A stretch of 64,000 bases of DNA from Bacillota bacterium. GTDB lineage: Bacteria; Bacillota; Negativicutes; CTSoil-072. The notes below the pieces were generated by a model, which worked only from the letters and a program-made list of their open reading frames with translations, was not told where the DNA came from and ran no database searches. The DNA lies in NCBI GenBank assembly GCA_017889545.1, contig JAGFZV010000007.1:82435-146434 (forward strand), read 5' to 3'. This document shows, piece by piece, positions 59,360 through 64,000 of the stretch; within the stretch, counting starts at the first letter, position 1; each line of letters begins with the position of its first letter. Position numbers and translations under genes: made by a program.

Positions 59360-59403
59360 AAAAAATACAACTCTCTCTTAACCAATCTGCCATCAGGATA
59401 AAA

Positions 59404-59440
59404 ATAGTCCGTATCACTTTATAGCGTGGTACGGACTAAC
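59404..59440. terminator. Hairpin between convergent uraA and yajQ
   Basis: TAGTCCGTA..TACGGACTA stem; the upstream A tract gives a U tail on the minus strand. Confidence 0.55.
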
Positions 59441-59496
59441 TTATTATTCAACTTATTATTATGTATTTACAGTTGACCTAGTAAATACTTTAATCC

Positions 59497-59991
59497 TCAA
59501 GACCGGAAATTCGTAAACTGAAGATCAATCGCAATATCAATCTGTCTCAACTTCGTCATCGCAGCCTGAAGATCGTCTTTGTTTTTTCCCGAAACCCTTA
59601 CTTGGTCGTCCATAATCTGAGCCTGTACTTTCAGTTTTAGTTCCTTAATTGCTGCGATCACTTCTTTCGCTTTTTCTGTACTGATCCCCCTTTGAATCGT
59701 GATGACTTGCCGCACAGTTCCCTGCGAGCCGGTTTCTATTTTTCCATAATCAAGACTCCTTAGCGAAATTCCCCGCTTAACGAGTTTGTTCTGCAAAATA
59801 TCAATTACATTCTTCAATTTAAAATCATCGTCGCTGACTACCTTGATCTTGTTATCCTCTACGGTCAAAGAGGATTTACTGCCCCGAAAATCGAACCGCT
59901 GTCCAATTTCTTTTGTGGCTTGATTTACCGCATTATCCACTTCTTGCATATCTACTTCTGACACAATATCGAAAGAACAATCCTTAGCCAT
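59497..59991 (-). CDS. yajQ: YajQ (UPF0234) family nucleotide-binding protein
   Basis: SFDIVS..D.QEV.NAV, RFDF.GS, RVSGK.KDDLQ, LQF.NFR motifs. Confidence 0.93.
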   Translation of the reverse strand: MAKDCSFDIVSEVDMQEVDNAVNQATKEIGQRFDFRGSKSSLTVEDNKIKVVSDDDFKLKNVIDILQNKLVKRGISLRSLDYGKIETGSQGTVRQVITIQRGISTEKAKEVIAAIKELKLKVQAQIMDDQVRVSGKNKDDLQAAMTKLRQIDIAIDLQFTNFRS

Positions 59992-59993
59992 TT

Positions 59994-60287
59994 CTATTTA
60001 CCCTCCTTATTTATTATCTGTATTCGCACCCGGATTAACGTATAAAAAAAAGCAAAGGTACCACCGACAGTAAAGAAAAAAGCGACTGGCTTGACTATCA
60101 TCAATTCAGAAGTCGCAATAAGACATAGCAGCAATGCCGTCATATAAGCCAAAAACAACTCTCTGTACCGCGGGCTTGTTATACGCGGCGCGATAAATAA
60201 CCAAACCAAAAAGCCGGCAATAACAATATTGGTATTCTTTAAAAAATCCAAGCTTCCAATCCCCCCTTCAAAAGCATCTTCTGCCAA
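59994..60287 (-). CDS. Hypothetical small membrane protein (about 3 TM)
   Basis: Fills the gap between EamA and yajQ on the same strand; three hydrophobic segments; start uncertain. Confidence 0.65.
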   Translation of the reverse strand: MAEDAFEGGIGSLDFLKNTNIVIAGFLVWLFIAPRITSPRYRELFLAYMTALLLCLIATSELMIVKPVAFFFTVGGTFAFFYTLIRVRIQIINKEGK

Positions 60288-60307
60288 AGGAAAAGTGAAC
60301 AGTCCTG

Positions 60308-61219
60308 CTAAGCAGTGGACTGCACACCTTTGCTTGCTGTTGTCAGTCTTACACCGGTAATAATCAACCCTGCTCCAATAAGTTGCGGGCCAGTCAAAGT
60401 TTCACCTAACAATAACATTGCAAAAAGCATCCCGGATAAAGGAATGATGTTGATGAAAATGGCGGCCTTATTCGGCCCCACAACGGATACTCCATGGTTC
60501 CAAAAACAAAACGCCAGAAGACCACTGCCAATAATCATAAAGATCATGCTGCTCCAGCCTAAGGGAGATAATTTCACAGTACCGTCAAACCCTTGCCAAA
60601 CAGCAAGAAGCAATAAACAAATCGATCCAATGGCGCTGGACCATGCAGTTGCCGCCAATGCGGACATTTGACGCATTATTCCCCGGCCTAGAATAGAGTA
60701 GACGGACCAACTGACGCTGGCAACTACCAAAGAAATATCTCCTAAGTTGAAGCTCAATCCACTGATGACTTCCCATGACCCTTTCGTAACCACCGCTCCA
60801 ACACCAATAAAAGATATTCCAATCCCTAATAATTGTTTGAAGTTTAAACGTTCTTTCAAAAATACAGCACATAGAACAGCCGTAAAAACTGGCCCCCCGC
60901 CCACCAATAAGCTCGCATTTGCTGCCGTCGTATGTTGAATACCGTTAAAAAACAAAAAATTGTTTAAAAAAATGCCGGTCAAACCTAATAATATTATTCC
61001 TGGGATCTGTTTACGCGAAGGCAATGCTTTTTTCCCTTCAGAAAACCAGACAGCAATACCTAAAATAATACTAACGCTTCCAAAGCGCAAAAAAGCAGTG
61101 GTTACCGGCAATATTTCATTTACCACAAATTTTGCAGTCACAGCATTAATACCCCACAAAACATTGGTAATAATCAAAAGGATATACACGCCTTTATCTG
61201 TATAAAAAAAGCGATTCAC
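60308..61219 (-). CDS. EamA/DMT family transporter
   Basis: LWG.N, LRF, LKER, GD, WN.GV..VG...A..FIN..P, LGE motifs. Confidence 0.9.
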   Translation of the reverse strand: MNRFFYTDKGVYILLIITNVLWGINAVTAKFVVNEILPVTTAFLRFGSVSIILGIAVWFSEGKKALPSRKQIPGIILLGLTGIFLNNFLFFNGIQHTTAANASLLVGGGPVFTAVLCAVFLKERLNFKQLLGIGISFIGVGAVVTKGSWEVISGLSFNLGDISLVVASVSWSVYSILGRGIMRQMSALAATAWSSAIGSICLLLLAVWQGFDGTVKLSPLGWSSMIFMIIGSGLLAFCFWNHGVSVVGPNKAAIFINIIPLSGMLFAMLLLGETLTGPQLIGAGLIITGVRLTTASKGVQSTA

Positions 61220-61450
61220 AAATTCACTTCTTTCGCATGACCCATAAGGGCATCATCGCTATATATTATAATAATACATACTAATTCGCATTCTCTAAGA
61301 ATTTTACCACTTTATTGAACAGAAAGAAAGTTCTGCTAGCTCTGCAGTGTAAATTTTTCTTCGATGGAACATCTTGTATCATTTAGTCTGAAAGTTGGAG
61401 GGTTTTCCCTGCAAATATAGAAAGCTTATATATAAAGAAGGAGCAATAAA

Positions 61451-62344
61451 ATGCTAAAATTTAGCGTTCCAGGCAATATTGGACCGATCATGCTGCGTGA
61501 TTTTTTACGCAAACATATCAAACTTTCCCTTACCGTTTGGCGCAAGGTCAAAAGGGAAGGTACCATAGAAGTAAACGGTATGCAAGCTTTCCCGGGCTCA
61601 CTCGTATCTTCCGGCGATACCATTCATCTCAATTGGCGCCAAGAATGCAATATTCAGCCGATAAGCCTGCCACTTTCTATTCTGTATGAAGATGATTCCC
61701 TTCTGATCATCAATAAACCCACCGGCATCCTTGTTCATCCTGCTTGCGGCCATTCTGAACCTACGATCGCCAATGGTATCATTCAATATTACCGGAGCAA
61801 AAATTGCCAACATGGATTTCATCCTGTGCACCGCCTCGACCGAAATACTTCGGGTCTCTTGTTGATTGCCAAAACTGCTCATGTCCAACATTTATTGTCC
61901 CGCGGCCAAAATTTACAAATCACTCGACGCTACCTTGCCATTGTAACCGGCGTTCCTTTCCCTGCAGAGGGAAAAATTAATTTGCCGATTGGCCGTCGGC
62001 CGGGGAGTATTATCGAAAGGACCGTATGTCAGGAGGGAAAAGAAGCATTAACATTCTATCGCACTGTACGCAGTTTCCAAAATGCCGGTTTGTTGGAAAT
62101 GGAACTTCAAACCGGGCGAACCCACCAGATCCGAGTGCATCTGTCGCATCTTCAGCATCCTTTGCTCGGCGATGATCTGTACGGAGGCTCTTCCGTCTTC
62201 ATTAATCGTCCTGCGTTGCATTCCTGCCGCCTGGAACTGATTCATCCTATCCGGCAAGAAGCGATGTGTTTCTCTATCCCCTTGCCCGCTGATATGCAGA
62301 ACGTATTAGATGCACTTGAAAGCCAAACAGGTGATGATAACTAA
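61451..62344 (+). CDS. RluA/RluD family pseudouridine synthase
   Basis: YED, INKP.G..VHP, VHRLDRNTSG, TGRTHQIRVH, GDDLYG, ALH motifs. Confidence 0.93.
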   Translation: MLKFSVPGNIGPIMLRDFLRKHIKLSLTVWRKVKREGTIEVNGMQAFPGSLVSSGDTIHLNWRQECNIQPISLPLSILYEDDSLLIINKPTGILVHPACGHSEPTIANGIIQYYRSKNCQHGFHPVHRLDRNTSGLLLIAKTAHVQHLLSRGQNLQITRRYLAIVTGVPFPAEGKINLPIGRRPGSIIERTVCQEGKEALTFYRTVRSFQNAGLLEMELQTGRTHQIRVHLSHLQHPLLGDDLYGGSSVFINRPALHSCRLELIHPIRQEAMCFSIPLPADMQNVLDALESQTGDDN

Positions 62345-62468
62345 TCAGAAAGCCTGATATCTTGGGACACTGACAGTAAATTTTTCTTTCGCTTTATATA
62401 TATTGTAATAACTGTAATTACAATATATATAATATAGATTATTAAAAATTACTATTAGGAGGGGTATT

Positions 62469-63398
62469 ATGCCTTTAGTCACTTCAAAAGAAATGTTTTC
62501 CAAGGCTTACGCCGGCAATTATGCAGTTGGCGCATTTAATGTAAACAATATGGAAATTATCCAAGGGATTGTCGATGCCGCCAAAGAAGAACAGGCGCCA
62601 CTCATTCTTCAAGTCTCTGCCGGCGCGCGAAAATATGCCAAACACGTTTATCTAATGAAACTGGTCGAGGCTGCAATAGAGGATAGCGGTCTTCCCATCT
62701 GTCTTCATCTTGATCATGGTGAAGATTTCGAAATCTGCAAAGCTTGTATTGATGGCGGCTTTACTTCTGTTATGATTGACGGATCCAAGTACTCATTCGA
62801 AGAAAACATTGCGCTTACCAGGCAAGTTGTTGAATACGCTCATCCGCGCGGCGTTGTGGTTGAAGCAGAGTTGGGCAGGTTGGCCGGCGTCGAAGATGCG
62901 GTGAAAGTAAATACCAAAGAAGCCACCTATACCGACCCAAAAGAAGCAGTCGAATTTGTTGAACGGACAGGCGTTGATTCCTTGGCAATTGCCATAGGAA
63001 CCAGTCATGGCGCTTACAAATTCAAAGGCGAACCTTCATTGGATATGGAACGCCTGGAAACCATCACAAAGCTATTGCCCGGTTTTCCTTTAGTTTTACA
63101 TGGCGCCTCCACCGTACTGCCTGAATTTGTAGATAAATGCAATCAATATGGCGGCCAAATCGCCGGCGCCAAAGGCGTTCCGGAAGAAATGCTGTTTGCA
63201 GCCGGAAAATTAGGGGTTTGCAAAATCAACATTGATACTGACCTTCGTCTTGCGATGACAGCATCAATCCGCGAATACCTCGCCTCCAACCCGGCAGATT
63301 TCGACCCACGCCAATACCTGCGCCCGGCACGGGATGCGATTAAAAACATGGTGAAACATAAAATCAACGCAGTTTTAAATTGCAGCGGAAAACTGTAA
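62469..63398 (+). CDS. fba: Fructose-1,6-bisphosphate aldolase class II
   Basis: AFNVNN, LHLDHG, SVMIDGS, EAELG, GTSHGAYK, LVLHGAS, KINIDTD, FDPR motifs. Confidence 0.96.
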   Translation: MPLVTSKEMFSKAYAGNYAVGAFNVNNMEIIQGIVDAAKEEQAPLILQVSAGARKYAKHVYLMKLVEAAIEDSGLPICLHLDHGEDFEICKACIDGGFTSVMIDGSKYSFEENIALTRQVVEYAHPRGVVVEAELGRLAGVEDAVKVNTKEATYTDPKEAVEFVERTGVDSLAIAIGTSHGAYKFKGEPSLDMERLETITKLLPGFPLVLHGASTVLPEFVDKCNQYGGQIAGAKGVPEEMLFAAGKLGVCKINIDTDLRLAMTASIREYLASNPADFDPRQYLRPARDAIKNMVKHKINAVLNCSGKL

Positions 63399-63405
63399 TA
63401 CGCTC

Positions 63406-63473
63406 GCTGCAGTAAATGAAGAGGCTATGCCGGGAAGAAAAAATTCCGGCATAGCCTCTTCATTTACTGCAGC
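63406..63473. repeat. 28-bp perfect inverted repeat between convergent genes
   Basis: GCTGCAGTAAATGAAGAGGCTATGCCGG-N12-CCGGCATAGCCTCTTCATTTACTGCAGC. Confidence 0.85.
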
Positions 63474-63478
63474 ACCGA

Positions 63479-64000
63479 TCACCACCGGCGGCTGGAACCG
63501 CCGCCGCCACCCGATCCGCCGCCATACCCGCCGCCGGAGCTTCCTCCTCCTCGGCCGCCCCGGAACATAGATAATATCAAGAACGTAATCCTTCCGCCAA
63601 AAAACATCCAATCAATCACTAATAATAATAAGCCGCCCACAATAATGAGTATCTGCATCCACCATGGCAGTTGATCCCACCAAGATTCGGCACTAACGGA
63701 AGGAGGCGCAACAGGTTTTGTTTCTGCTTTTAATTCCAGTTTATATTCCTTAGCTACTTCGTCCACAAGCGCTAAGTAACCATTTAAAATCCCTTTGTCA
63801 TAATCACCGTTCTGGAAATATGGAATCATATACATATCTTGAATACGGCCGGTCTTCGCATCGGGCAACGCCCCTTCAAGACCATAACCGACTTCGATGC
63901 GGGATTGACGATCCGAAACCGCGATCAGCATAACCAGGCCGTTATTCAAAGTCTTATCACCAATACCCCAAGTTCTCAGCACGGCCAAGGCATATTCAGA
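63479..64000 (-). CDS. TPM domain (YgcG family) membrane protein, 3' part (start outside window)
   Basis: WGIG....NNG, RIEVGYGLEG.LPD, TM helix, Gly-rich tail ending GGGGSSRRW. Confidence 0.92.
   Translation of the reverse strand, partial: SEYALAVLRTWGIGDKTLNNGLVMLIAVSDRQSRIEVGYGLEGALPDAKTGRIQDMYMIPYFQNGDYDKGILNGYLALVDEVAKEYKLELKAETKPVAPPSVSAESWWDQLPWWMQILIIVGGLLLLVIDWMFFGGRITFLILSMFRGGRGGGSSGGGYGGGSGGGGGSSRRW

Noticed and set aside
59438-59460. Short direct repeat AACTTATTATT x2
   Set aside because: AT-rich duplication between convergent gene ends with no promoter context; likely neutral slippage.

Overview
Chromosomal segment from an anaerobic Firmicute, probably Negativicutes/Sporomusaceae (inferred from gene content and promoter style). 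About 55 CDSs, mostly housekeeping: murB, trmL, aroF-tyrA under a Tyr T-box, a Mo/W-cofactor cluster, an AddAB-like helicase-nuclease, nth, oppABCDF, a group B [FeFe]-hydrogenase, prfC, lysC, uraA under a PyrR leader, and fba. No CRISPR array, rRNA, tRNA, transposase or phage genes were seen. The best candidate for an undescribed system is a sigma54-controlled catabolic cluster at 31.35-39.24 kb. It encodes a YgeV/UacR-like activator, a CoA-transferase, an acyl-CoA dehydrogenase, an MFS transporter and a 4-hydroxybutyryl-CoA dehydratase (AbfD) homologue. That homologue keeps all Fe-S ligands but has replaced three catalytic residues, which suggests different chemistry. Secondary findings: a GG-less MoaD with an in-frame IEGG just past its stop, a possible Cys-Cys leader peptide before a sulfonate-type ABC operon, two MITE/REP-like elements, Fe-S staple motifs on both AddAB subunits, and recurring SigH-type promoters. 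All family comparisons are from recalled motifs; no searches were run.
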